This document shows, in pieces, positions 52,621-64,000 of a DNA stretch of 64,000 nucleotides. Every line of letters begins with the position of its first letter. Within the stretch, counting starts at the first letter, position 1. The DNA is from the human T2T-CHM13v2.0 reference genome, Homo sapiens. The stretch lies in NCBI RefSeq assembly GCF_009914755.1, contig NC_060926.1. One strand, 5' to 3'. The translations under genes and the position numbers were made by a program. Below the pieces are notes generated by a model. The model did no database searches. It saw only the letters and a list, made by a program, of their open reading frames with translations, and was not told where the DNA came from.

Positions 52621-53020
52621 ACCTCACAGTGTTTCGAGGAAACATACAATTTAATAGGCAGTAGTAAGGAATTCATCTCACTGGAATGAGAAGCCCATGT
52701 GCAAGATATTATGGGAGCAAAGAGAAGCAAAGGAAGTCTTCGGGGAGGATGGTTATTACAGGATCCAGTGTTAGCCAGGGGATGGCAGTGGGGGAGATTC
52801 TAGACAGATGGCAGAACCTAAGCAAAGGTCCAGAAGTGAAAACAGCCTGGGATATGTGGGGTCTCTGAAAAGTTTACACAAATGGTCAAGGAGTGACAAG
52901 AAACAGTTAGAGTTGAACCCAGGTCACAGACACCACTCATGTACCCGGTTAAAGCCCTTGGTGCTTACCCTGTGGGTGAGGGAGACTCTGAGGGATTTTA
53001 AACAGGTGTAAATGTCAGAG
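52325..53020 (-). mobile_element. L2 3' region
   Basis: gatgaataagacatagtccttgac...; agcaaaggtccagaagtga; ctgagggattttaaacagg. Confidence 0.7.
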
Positions 53021-53705
53021 TGAGCTTCTCAGTGCTCAAGGTCAAAGGCTATGGCATTTGAGTTGATGAAGGACAATATTTGGAATTTCCTGATTGCTGT
53101 CTTCAACAATCTGTCCTTTTTCATGTTCTATGATGTTTGAATAATATCAGTATTGGCATTCCCCTCCTTTCTTATTTAAAACCGGGATGTATGTCATCTT
53201 CCTTTTGTGTTTTCTTACCATAACTCATGAGAACAGGCCTGTGGGAAAACACTGCATTTGGTTTTCGAGTAGCATCCCGGTTCAGGAGAGTGAGTGAAAC
53301 AGTTGTGGAGCAGGACAAGGGAGAACAGCTTGGTTGTGGTCATGCCATTATCACCAGCAATCCCTGCCTTTTAGTGACTGCAAGGTGCCCATTGTCTATT
53401 GGCACAATGAAATTCAACAGATGATTAACAAAGAATCTACGATAAGGGGCCATTTCAAAAACCAGAATACATTCTACAAAGAGACACATATATGTTGTAA
53501 TAGAAAATAAGTGTGGTGACACTTTCTATCAGGACTCAAGGGCTACAGGGTATAGCATGTCCAAGAAAAAGGGAAACCACTGATATGTTTAACAGCATTA
53601 TCTAAAGCAGGGCTCCATATATTTTTCATGAGACAACATAACTTTTAATTCCTAAGTGTGCTTTTTTTCCTCTCATACAAGTATAATAAGAGGTTTAGTG
53701 AGTTT

Positions 53706-53707
<2 letters not shown>

Positions 53708-53736
<29 letters not shown>
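53708..53736. repeat. Poly(A) run, 29 nt, not attached to a recognisable SINE/LINE
   Basis: Seen directly. Confidence 0.9.
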
Positions 53737-53740
<4 letters not shown>

Positions 53741-55104
53741 CATCCCACATTTGGTTCCACAGGGTCATAGCTAACTGTCTCTGGAAACTTGACCCTGAAT
53801 GAGTTTAGGATAATCAACTACAAATTTGCCAGAATGTAGAGCCTCATACAATAAAAATGTATTACTACAGCAAAGCTGTCCAGAAAAAGTAAATTCAACA
53901 AAACAGGAAGAAATATACTGATGAGAATTGTGGGCACTTCAGATTTTTAACTGAAAAGAAATCCCAATGCAAATACTATAATGTTGAGATGAAATTTTAT
54001 TTTTCAAACACAAAACTTTACAATGGCAAAAGTAATCGTTTAGTCAATCAATGAATACAAGATTTTGTAAATGATTATGAAACAGTTTTTTGTTTTGTGC
54101 ATGGAAAGTGTGTGTATGTGTGCACGTGCACAAACACACAAAAAGCACTCCTCTTCCTTTTGCTTCATACAAAGTCTGTTGTTCTGATAATCATGCGATG
54201 TGCGATTTACAGAGCACACGCCTGTCCTATTGTCCTTGAATGCTGAGTTGGTCCAAATTTTCCTGGGTGCAGTGGTCATGAGCAGGGAAACTCAGAAGCT
54301 GCCTGCTGAAAAGCTGGACTGCTCAGGGTATGAGAGGCTGCCTGGCTGAGCGACAGGTTCACATTTTAAGGCCATGAATCCACTGCTCTGAGTTAGGAGT
54401 CGTGAAATTGTTGATAGCAAATCACCGCCATGGCCACATAATTCTTGAGGAGGCCTAAACTTGTGCTGCCACGGCACTGGTGCCATATGTTTCTTCCTGC
54501 TCTGCTGCCTTGGAATATATAGAGAGTTCAAGGGCAATTGTATCATTTAATCAAACTGCAGCATTAATGACTATCAGAGGCAAAATGAAACCAACAAAAA
54601 TGAAAACATTATATATACATACACATATATATGTGTGTATATATATTTTATAGTGAAAATATCTTACAGAAAGTCAAGAAATGTATAAAGTAAGTTCATC
54701 TATACTGTAAAATCAACCATTCATATTTTATAGAGAGCTATGTTTGTGGAACACATTATCTGACCTAGTAGGTTTATGTTTCTGACCAATTTTGCTCTTT
54801 ACAAATATTGTCACATTACTGCATAGATTTGGGGGTTGAAAAGGACTTAGATGATGCCTTTTACCAAAAGAATGAGTTCGAACAAATTGCTTCATCTTTT
54901 TAGGCCCCATAGTTTTCCCATAGGAAAAACTGAAAAAATAAAAAAGCAGTTTCCTATAGCTGTGAAGATGAAATGAAATAATGCACTTCTATAGCCTAGT
55001 AGGTGGCAGAGACTGAGGGATGAATTGGTATTGCTATATGCATTGATATTGTTATAAATCCATACTAATTAGTTATGAATAACACCTGGCTTCCAAATGT
55101 TTTA

Positions 55105-55409
<305 letters not shown>

Positions 55410-55529
55410 CCAAATGCTTTAAATGATCACAAAAGAAAGTAACCAATTGTGGATCCTTTTATAATTATGAAGTCAATCATTTTGACCAACTAATTAGGAA
55501 ATGAGAATTCATCTAATTCTAGAATGTAC

Positions 55530-55632
55530 TTCCTCCACTAAACTGTAAACTCCCTGAGAGCTCTTAGCTCACCTCTAAACTCTCAAAGCCTAATACCACC
55601 AGTTCACTAACTAAATAAAAATCTATTGAATT
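55530..55632 (+). mobile_element. L2 3' end
   Basis: ccactaaactgtaaactccctgag...taaaaatctattgaat. Confidence 0.55.
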
Positions 55633-55854
55633 ATCCATATTTACTTTCTCGACCATTCTTCTTTTAGATAAGAATAGGTGTTTCTTACAGCTTTATAGGG
55701 GCTTTTTAAGTATTAAGAATATTAACTAACCTGTTTGACTGGCATATTGTTGCAAATGCTTCTTCATTTTTTTGTCTTTTTATAATATTTAGAAAATCAC
55801 TTCTCAACTAGATACAAATTAAAATTTCCTTTACAGTTTCTTTTGGTTTTCTTT

Positions 55855-55988
55855 TCTTTTTATTTTCTGATATGGGATCTTTCCGTTTCTCAGGCTGTTC
55901 TCAAACCTCTGGGTTCAAACAGTCCTCCCTGCTCAGCCTCCCAAGTAGTTGGGAATACAGGCACACAAACACAAGACTGTGCCTGGCT
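55855..55988 (-). mobile_element. FLAM-type Alu monomer
   Basis: caggctgttctcaaacctctgggttcaaacagtcctccctgctcagcctcccaagtagttgggaatacaggc. Confidence 0.8.
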
Positions 55989-56899
55989 TTTTTTTTTTCC
56001 ACATTTATCTCTTTTATTGGTTTGGAATTTATTTTAATACAATGTAAAAAATCTAACCTGACTTTTAAAAATTTTTTTAGCAAAATTTATTGGCCAACTT
56101 ATTATTTACTGTTAGTTTGTGATTCTTCTTTGAATATACACACACACTCTTACATACACACGTTTATTAAATGCTAATAAATACATAGTTTTATCTATAT
56201 ATGTATACATATGTATGTGAATATATATATATATATATGTATTTTCTCACACTAACTGGTTTTATTTTATCTTTTTCAAAGTACTAATAACTGTACCCAA
56301 AGAAAGACAAAGAAAAATAAGTCTTCTTCAATTTTATACCATTCTTCCACCCAAGAAAGACGTATCATTAACACTTTCTTCTACGTACCTCCAGAAATAT
56401 GCCCTGCCTATACAAATATTTGTTGTATGTGTGTCTGTGTGTATGTATGGTGAATATCTTTTTTTTTTTACACAAGTGGAAAAATCGTCTATATACTATT
56501 TGACATTTTGTTTTGTTTTTTTCCTTTACCAAGTACCTTGGAAGTTGTTTTCAAAAAAGCTCTATCTCATTTTTTACATAATTCTATAGTATTCCATTGT
56601 GTGAATATTGCAAAAGTTATCTAATCAGTTCCCTTTTGGTGGCCTTATTTACTTTACTTTTGCTATTACAAGCTACATTTCTGGTATTTTTATTTGGGAT
56701 GTTTCTTTTGTTTATATTTTTTACCTCTTACTATTTAGCTTATGTTGTTTTTAATTTCATTTTTATGTTTTTATTGTTTAAAAATATTTTATAACTTGTT
56801 TTTTATCATCTTTAAATATTCCTTTTTATCTCTAATATAAGAGGAAATTAATATTTATGATTCTTCCTATCTTTCTTGTGCTGTTTATATTATTTCAAT

Positions 56900-57780
56900 T
56901 TCTCTAGGAGTTATTTTGTACTTAAACATATTACACTGAAGCCTGAGATTCATCTGCTTTAAACTGTATCTTTTGACCCCCAGCTTGGAAAGAAGAGGAG
57001 ATTACCTTATTTACTCTATTCTCTTACCTCCTTTCTTTACCTCTCAACATTTTTAGGTATAATATTTCTTCATTGCTTTGGTCTATAAAACTCATATCCT
57101 CTTCTCACAGTTATTTAGCCTGAATCCTATATTTAAATTTATATAATGTTCACAACCAGTCTTTTCATTATGGCTTCTCCATTCATGTCTTGATTGTCTG
57201 AGGTTTATTTACAAGTCGTTTCCCCAAGCAGTGTCCATGAAAACTATATTACCTGAAATTTGGAATATATGAGGATATATATCTTTGGCCTTTCTAGTTG
57301 CAAGTATATAATTATATACTTTTTTAAGACCACACTTTTATTCCCCTAGAACTTTGTAGAAAGTGTAGCAGTTTCTAGCATTGAATGTGGCTTGTAGGAA
57401 GGCTGAGGCTAAGCTGATGATTTTTTACTCTCATAGTTGACTTGGTGTTCTTGACATCATGCCCACGAGAGTCTGGTAACTTAAACAGGGACAGTCTGCA
57501 TTTTTCAGTCAGTGTTATCCCTCTTTGGAATATGATATGGTCTTTTAATCTATACATTTTGGTCCTGTTTTATTTAAGGAATATTTTTTTTTATCTTTTT
57601 GGGAAAAAAAGTTTTATTTCCAGATTTTGTAGTGTCTTTAAACACCAATTATGTATATGTTGGATCTTTGTTTGTCTTCCAAATGTGCCATTTTCTGTCT
57701 GATGCTATTTTAATAATCTCCATGTTTTTCATTTCTTCTTGCTTGACTTTCATCATTGATTATTCTTGACATTCTTACTC
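56900..57780 (-). mobile_element. HAL1 / old L1 ORF1-like relic
   Basis: ttctagcattgaatgtgg...ctgaggctaagctgat...aacaccaattatgtatatgttggatct; further L1ME-like T-rich relics at ~55640-55830 and 56260-56700. Confidence 0.55.
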
Positions 57781-59729
57781 ATTTTAGGAGCATTCCTTGA
57801 AAGTTTGAAGAAATTTGCCTCAAGCTTTATTTGACTTCAGCAGTCACTGCATTTTGGTGTCTATCTTTGAGCACTAGGTAAATCTACAAAGGAGGAAAAA
57901 AAAAACACCTGAAATGTTTGGCTCCATTATTTCCTCCATCCAGTTTATTCTTTTACAAATGCCTCTGCTTTCTCTGTAGAAGTAGCAAGTAATTCTATGT
58001 GCTAAATTTCAGTGAAAGTGTTAAATATCTATTTCATGCAAACTGGCTAAGTAATGTTCATGAGTGATTCCTTATTCTGCACTCCAGGATACAGAATATT
58101 TCTGCTCATTTAATATTCATAAAAGGACCATTAGTACATTCTCTATAACCTACATAATTAAACAGTGATTAAAAAGGACCAATTTAATAGTGCAGGTTCT
58201 CATTTACTCTTCAATAGATAACATGAAGGGAGGTAAACCCCCTCTTGCCACTGCTCTTATAAGTCATTTACTAGAACTTATAAAAGCCAAAATTCCTTCC
58301 AAGTAGTTATATTCAGTGTTTCCTGGGCTTGTATATACCTAACAATTGAAAGACAACCTCCACATTAAAAAAATGGTGGTTTCTTTTTTTTAGGTTTTTA
58401 GAAATTAATATTCTCAAAGAATGTTTAAGTTTGTTAAGGTGGCACATTGTATATGTAGCTTTTGATTTTAAAGGTGTTAATTCGATTATCAGCCTATATT
58501 TTTCATTATTAGATGGATCTATCAACAAATTATTATTGGATAACCACTTTGTAGAAGATATTGCATCCTGCACTGGACTAAAAATGGTGTTTTCAAAACA
58601 TATCTCTATCACTGAAAGAGGTCATCAGCTTATTTTTAAACAATTGATTGAATTGGCTATTTGGCTGACCTGATTTAGTCAATAAGGCATGAGAAAAGGC
58701 AAGCAATGGCCTGAATGAATTTGACATACAGGGGCACACAAAAGCCTCCCTTTGGCTGTAGACAGGTTTTGCTATTTCTTGGATTGTTCACTTTTTGTTT
58801 GAGTTAATTTTGAAACTAAGCTTCTGTCCTTCCTTTATCACTCCCTCTCTCCTTCTTCCTCCTTTTTTATGTAGCTTCCTGTGTCACTCTGGCTTGTGCT
58901 GTTAATGATGTTTTTGCATCAGTAAAATACATAAAAACTGTAGTTCAATATGATTGATGATCCTACCAGCTGAAAAATACTAATGCAGGTGGGTTTTTAA
59001 ATATTTAATGAGTTATAATCTTAATCTGGTGTTTCTCTGCCAAACCTCATGCCTTTCAGGTATATTTTATCAAGTTACTCTTAATGAGGAGCCAGAAATT
59101 AGATAGCCATACAACTCATGTACCTTTGAATATATTTTGGCTTGTGTTTGGCTGAAATCCATGAAGGTGGTTTGATATTGCCTAATTCTGGAGACATCTG
59201 TGTCTGATAAAGCACTCTGGTCAGTGTTAAGGTATTTTTTCAACATATGGCCTTTGGCCCAAAGTTCTCAGGTTTATAGCAGGGCTGCTGGTGGAGTCAA
59301 ACCCTCAGGGACACTCTGAGTGACTCACCTGTATTTAGCAGTAGTAATATTTTAGAGTATGTAAAAATCTACAAGGGTGTCTGTCAATGGAAGGCCCTTC
59401 TTGCGATTCAGGATGAGATCTGTTTTAATAAAACCAAATTTTTGAATATGACCTAATCATGAATATAGACTGAATATAGCCTCCCCATATTGAGTCTTCT
59501 GAATCATTTTGAAGAAGGTGCTTATAAAGATACAAATCCATTTGATCCATAAATAAACATAAGATTAACAATGAAACCAAGCAATATTAAAGGTAACAGA
59601 AATTGCTTTCATTCATATATTTTCCCCTTGCTAGATCATTTATTTATCCTTGTATTCTTTCTCTTTCTTCCATCAAATACCTTTTTTATAAGCCTATTTT
59701 CAATCAGTCAATAAATAAGTAAAACTTAT

Positions 59730-60092
59730 TGATATGGGTCAGCTGTGTCCCCACCCAAATCTCATCTTGAATTGTAGCTCCCATAATCCGCACATGTTGT
59801 GGGTGGGACCCAGTGGGAGGTAATTGAATCCTGGGGGTGGGTTTTTCCTGTGCTGTTCTCATGATAGTGAATGAGTCTCATGAGATCTGATGGTTTTATA
59901 AAGGGCAGTTCTGCAACACACTCTCTTGCCTGCCACCATGTAAGACGTGCCTTTGCTCCTTGTCCGCCTTCCACCATGATTGTGAGGCCTCCACAGCCAT
60001 GTGGAACTGTGAGTCCATTAAACATCTTTTTCTTTATAAATTACCCAGTCTCAGTTATGTCTTTATTAGCAGCATGAGAACAGACTAATACA
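59730..60092 (+). mobile_element. THE1B/C MaLR solo LTR
   Basis: tgatatgg...tgtccccacccaaatctcatcttgaattgtagctcccataat...cagccatgtggaactgtgagtccattaaac...cagactaataca. Confidence 0.93.
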
Positions 60093-60329
60093 TCTATTTA
60101 CAACAGAATATGAACTCAAACTGGTGTGCTATTGTTCTCTTTTTACACTGTAAAAGAAATTTTGACATCAGCAAGTAGCATTTATTTATTTTGTAACAAA
60201 GGATCCCTCTCCTGATTCCTGCAGTTACTCCACTTCTGCAGGTCTGCCTCCGACAATATGTGTGGCAGAGATTGTATCCTCTCACATGTGTGCAGTGATT
60301 GTATTCTCTCACATCAGCAAACACTTCCT

Positions 60330-60562
60330 GCATGTTTACTATGTAACAGGCACTATAATAACTGTTTTGTATAGATTTTTCCATTAGATCTTAGCAACTG
60401 TGTGAGGTATGGGTACTATTATTGACCCATTTTATTGATGAGGAAATGGAGACACAGAGAGTTTAGGTAACTTGTCCTAAGTCACACAGATAGTGAGTGG
60501 TAGAGATGAGATTGAACCTGAGCAGTCTACTATAAGAGCCCACATTCTTAACTACCACCACT
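60330..60562 (-). mobile_element. MIR
   Basis: cccattttattgatgaggaaatggagacacagagagtttaggtaacttgtcctaagtcacacagatagtgagtggtagag. Confidence 0.88.
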
Positions 60563-61502
60563 TTCCTCCCACTACAAATCCACCACAAATTAACAGTGGC
60601 CCCTATGTACTTCCTAGAAAGGAGGAGGGAAATTTGAGAAAAATGACAGAGTCTGAAGGTCAGAGTGGAAAGACCTCAAAGTTTATTGAATCCAGCCCCT
60701 CTTTGCTATAACTAAAGCAAAAGAGGAATAGGGATACTCATTTATCTGTTCGCATCCACCTAGCCGTCATGGGTGGCTGCATACTAGATCTGTTTCTGCA
60801 AGTCTCTTTCTGGTATACGACTTATAGGGATGAAGGCCCATTAAAGATTCATGTTCTATAGACAAATTTCCCTGCAGTCCTTTATTTAATTTCACCCGGT
60901 GTATCTAGGGAATTGACGAATGTCACTGTAAACACAGAAGGTTCAGGACTCCAATTGTGGGAAAGAAAAAAATCATTATTGATGAGAAGTTGGAAGAACT
61001 GAGCCTCAAATTGCATAGTAACACCCCAGTGTTTTCAACTTCCTTACGTCAACTAAATTTGTGATATTATTTATATTTAAAGCCTTCCTTGGTGAGGATG
61101 CAGATTTCCTGGGTTGAGGTATAGAGGCAGTTAATATCCAAGATGCCAGGATACGGCCACCAATGTGAATGCAGCTTTTCAGTGGAGCCCCTGAGCCATG
61201 CCTCTTCTCTGAGATCTCTAGTATTGCAAAGATGTGGGCTTCCTTTTTTTTTCTTTCCTCCCCAAAGACTCTTATGATGGGCACTTTTAATTAGGACACT
61301 TCTGTTGCACAAACGGGATCTACATCTGACAGCTTCCTTCTCAACACATGTTTTCCCTCTCATTCATCCATCTTACTTGTCAGCCTCCTTTTTCCTCTGT
61401 GACTATGTTTGAAATGCTGTCCCACACATCCTTCCATTATAGAAAGGAAATCTGACACCTGGGGAGGCAGTATTTCCTTTTACTCTCTAACGGCAGAGGG
61501 CA

Positions 61503-61566
61503 TGCTGGCTATTTCTCAAAATAGCACAGTCAGCAGTATTGAGGAACATTAGTGCTTTGTAGAGGA
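61503..61566. repeat. Short diverged direct repeat, copy 1 (copy 2 at 63470-63531)
   Basis: tgctggctatttctcaaaatagcacagtcagcagtattgaggaacattagtgctttgtagagga versus tgctggctatttgtcaaaatagcatatttggcagtattgaaaacactgtgctttgtaaagga. Confidence 0.85.
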
Positions 61567-62114
61567 AACCAATGAATATTTTTTTTCTGATGAGATGCAA
61601 ATTGTACATTCTATATCTCCCATCAGTGAGAACATCATTTTGCCTTGTATAGTTATGCAAGCACCTTCACATCAATTAAGGGGCTGTGATGACACTGCTT
61701 TGACATCCCATTAGCCCTTGCCTTTAGTTATGTGTCTATTAGAAGCAGAAATAAAAAGTGATATTGCCAGTCAGAGGTGGAACTTGAAATATCCTGGTGT
61801 TCCAAGGCAGATAAAACATCATGAATCTAAGGTGTTTTGCTTGCTCCCTGATTGTTTGTCTTTGCAGCTAATATTGGGCTAAATTTTGAGTTCTGTGAGG
61901 GCAGGGACAATATCTTAGCTCTTACTGAGACACCGCGGTGCCTAGGGCAACATCTTGCTTATAACAGAATCAGAAATTATAGACTGTTCAATTGTGTCTT
62001 CATGTGTACCTTGAATATTTAATGAGTGGTCATGACATGCGGGCCCTGTGCTAGGTGCTCTTCTAACTGAGAAGGACTTTGGGGTTTAATTAACATAATT
62101 CTTCATCGTGGAGT

Positions 62115-62210
62115 CCTTCGTTCATCAAAAATTTATGGAGTGCTTACTAAGTGCAGAGATAAAAATGACATGGTTTCTGGGTTCAAGAGGATTCTAGTCT
62201 AGTGGAAGAC
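62115..62210 (-). mobile_element. L2 fragment
   Basis: ttcatcaaaaatttatggagtgcttactaagtgc...tcaagaggattctagtctagtgg; other L2 scraps at ~61885-61990. Confidence 0.55.
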
Positions 62211-63011
62211 CCTGAGCTCCAGAAACGTCAAGTGCCATGCCTAAAGCTACACACACCATTACTACAGAGGTACCAGACTTGGATCTCTTTACTCAAATAC
62301 TTGATACTCATTTGAATCTTAGCATTCTAGAAATGTAGGGCTACAGGGTCATGCCACTCATTTGGAATTCAAATTCTTCAGCAACAGCTGTCAAATTGAA
62401 TGTCCGTGGTATATTGGACAAGGGCTAGAGTGGCTCAAAAATGCCTGCTTATAAACATTTATCAGATGAATTGCTCTGAATTTTCTACTTACCAAAGATA
62501 ATTGAATTTATTTTAGTGTGGCTTAAATATAGTAGACATCTTCAATAATGACAGAAACAGATGGTTTATATGGTGTAATTTCAGAGCTATGGAAAGGTCC
62601 TCTGAGTCTTTTAAAAAAACAACTCCTTTCCCAGTATCCCAGTGTGCCTAAAATTTGACCACTACTATGTTGTTTTGATTGTCTCTTTGAGGAGGCTGAG
62701 CTGAAGATAAATTTTAATGTAGGGGGAGTAGGTAGAGAAAGTGTAGGACACTTAGAACATAGTAGGCACTCAGTAATTGTTGCCCAAGTAATTGAATATT
62801 TTAAATATAAATCAAGGTACAAAGTGCTATAAAACAGGGAAAGAATTCTTACTGCAGAGGGGGGAAGTTTCATAAAAATGTGACACTTCAAGCATTGATG
62901 CATGGGTTGAGTATTAACAGGCAGAAACTAAGGTGGAAGAGCTTTCTAAAGAGAGGAAATGTTGCAAGCTTGGGTGAACTAGTGTAAAAGCAAGACATAA
63001 TTTACATAAAG

Positions 63012-63563
63012 CAATGGTTCTCAAAGTGCGGTCCAAGGATTTCAGGGGTTCTCCACAACATTTTCAGGGCATCCACGAGATAAAAATAAACTCTTTTTAT
63101 AATAATACTAAGACGTTATCTGCCTTTTCACTTTCGTATTCTCATAAGCCTACAGTGGAGCTTTCTGGAGGCTCCGAGATGTGTGATAGTGCCAGAGCCT
63201 GAATGGAGAAGCATTTAGGAGAATCTAGCTGTCGTCTGTTAAGCCAGACAGCAGAGAAATTTGCAGAGATATAAAACTACTGTTTTCACTCAATATTCTG
63301 TTTTATTTCATAAAGAATGGTTATTTTTCATCTTATTTATATCAATATATAATGGATTTTTCTTCTTTTTAAATTAATGCTTCAATATTTAAAAAATTTC
63401 AGTTTAATTTCTAATGGGAGTAAATACTGATAGACATAACCCACTCAACCATGAACTGTGGGGAGGGAGTGCTGGCTATTTGTCAAAATAGCATATTTGG
63501 CAGTATTGAAAACACTGTGCTTTGTAAAGGAGAGGAAGAATTTGTGGTCCTCAATAGTATTTT
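63012..63563 (+). mobile_element. Charlie1/MER119-like hAT transposon
   Basis: caatggttctcaaagtgcggtcc...ataataatactaagacgttat...tacagtggag...ttaagccagaca...gatagacataaccca, then tttgtggtcctcaata after a ~90-bp interruption. Confidence 0.8.
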
Positions 63564-63564
63564 T

Positions 63565-63999
63565 CACAGCTTGGTTTTATACATTTTAGGGAGACATGAG
63601 ACATCAATCAATATACATAAAATGTATATTAATTTTGTCTGGACAGGTGGAGCAACTTGAAGCCTTGAAGCGGGGAGGGGGCTTCCAGGTCATAGGTAGA
63701 TAAGAAGCAAATGGTTGCATTCTTTTTAGTTTCTGATTAGCTTTTCCAAAGGAGGCAATCAGATATGCATTATTCTTAGTGAGCAGAAGGATGACTTTGA
63801 GTTCTGTTTGTTCTTGTCCACAAGGAAATTCCCTGTGAGGGGGTTTGTAGCTTTTTTTTTTTTTTTTTTTTTTTTTAATCTTAGTAGCTATCTTTTCAAG
63901 GAATAGAATGGGAGGCAAGTTTGCCCTAAGCAGTTCCCAGCTTGACTTTTCCCTTTAGCTTAGTGATTTTGGGGTCCCAGGATTTATTTTCATTTCACA
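63565..63999 (-). mobile_element. MER4A/MER4A1 ERV1 LTR, missing its 3' end
   Basis: cacagcttggttttatacattttagggagacatgagacatcaatcaa...gaatagaatgggaggc...cagttcccagcttgacttttccctttagcttagtgattttggggtccc...tttcaca. Confidence 0.88.
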
Positions 64000-64000
64000 G

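Overview
Primate (human-like) nuclear DNA, AT-rich and CpG-depleted, apparently intergenic or deep-intronic. I recognise no protein-coding exon, tRNA, rRNA, snRNA, CpG island or CRISPR-like array, and cannot place the locus on a chromosome. Much of the window is interspersed repeats: about 15 Alu/FLAM copies, a 3.8-kb L1PB1 nested in an older L1M, MaLR LTRs (THE1, MST, MLT1), ERV LTRs (MER77-like, MER4A, an LTR7/HERV-H fragment), hAT and Tigger DNA transposons, and many MIR/L2 relics. The only protein-like ORFs are broken L1 ORF1/ORF2 pieces. Repeat family calls come from my recollection of consensus sequences, not a RepeatMasker run, so subfamily names and fragment edges are approximate. The most unusual observations are: (1) an L1PB1 with both ends and a perfect TSD but two large internal deletions, the 5'UTR one fitting a splice junction; (2) an LTR7 fragment ending at the HERV-H poly(A) site; (3) a diverged ~165-bp local duplication whose copies both keep a 65-nt AG...GT exon-like unit on the minus strand; (4) several other local templated-duplication scars. 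I found no convincing novel multi-gene system.
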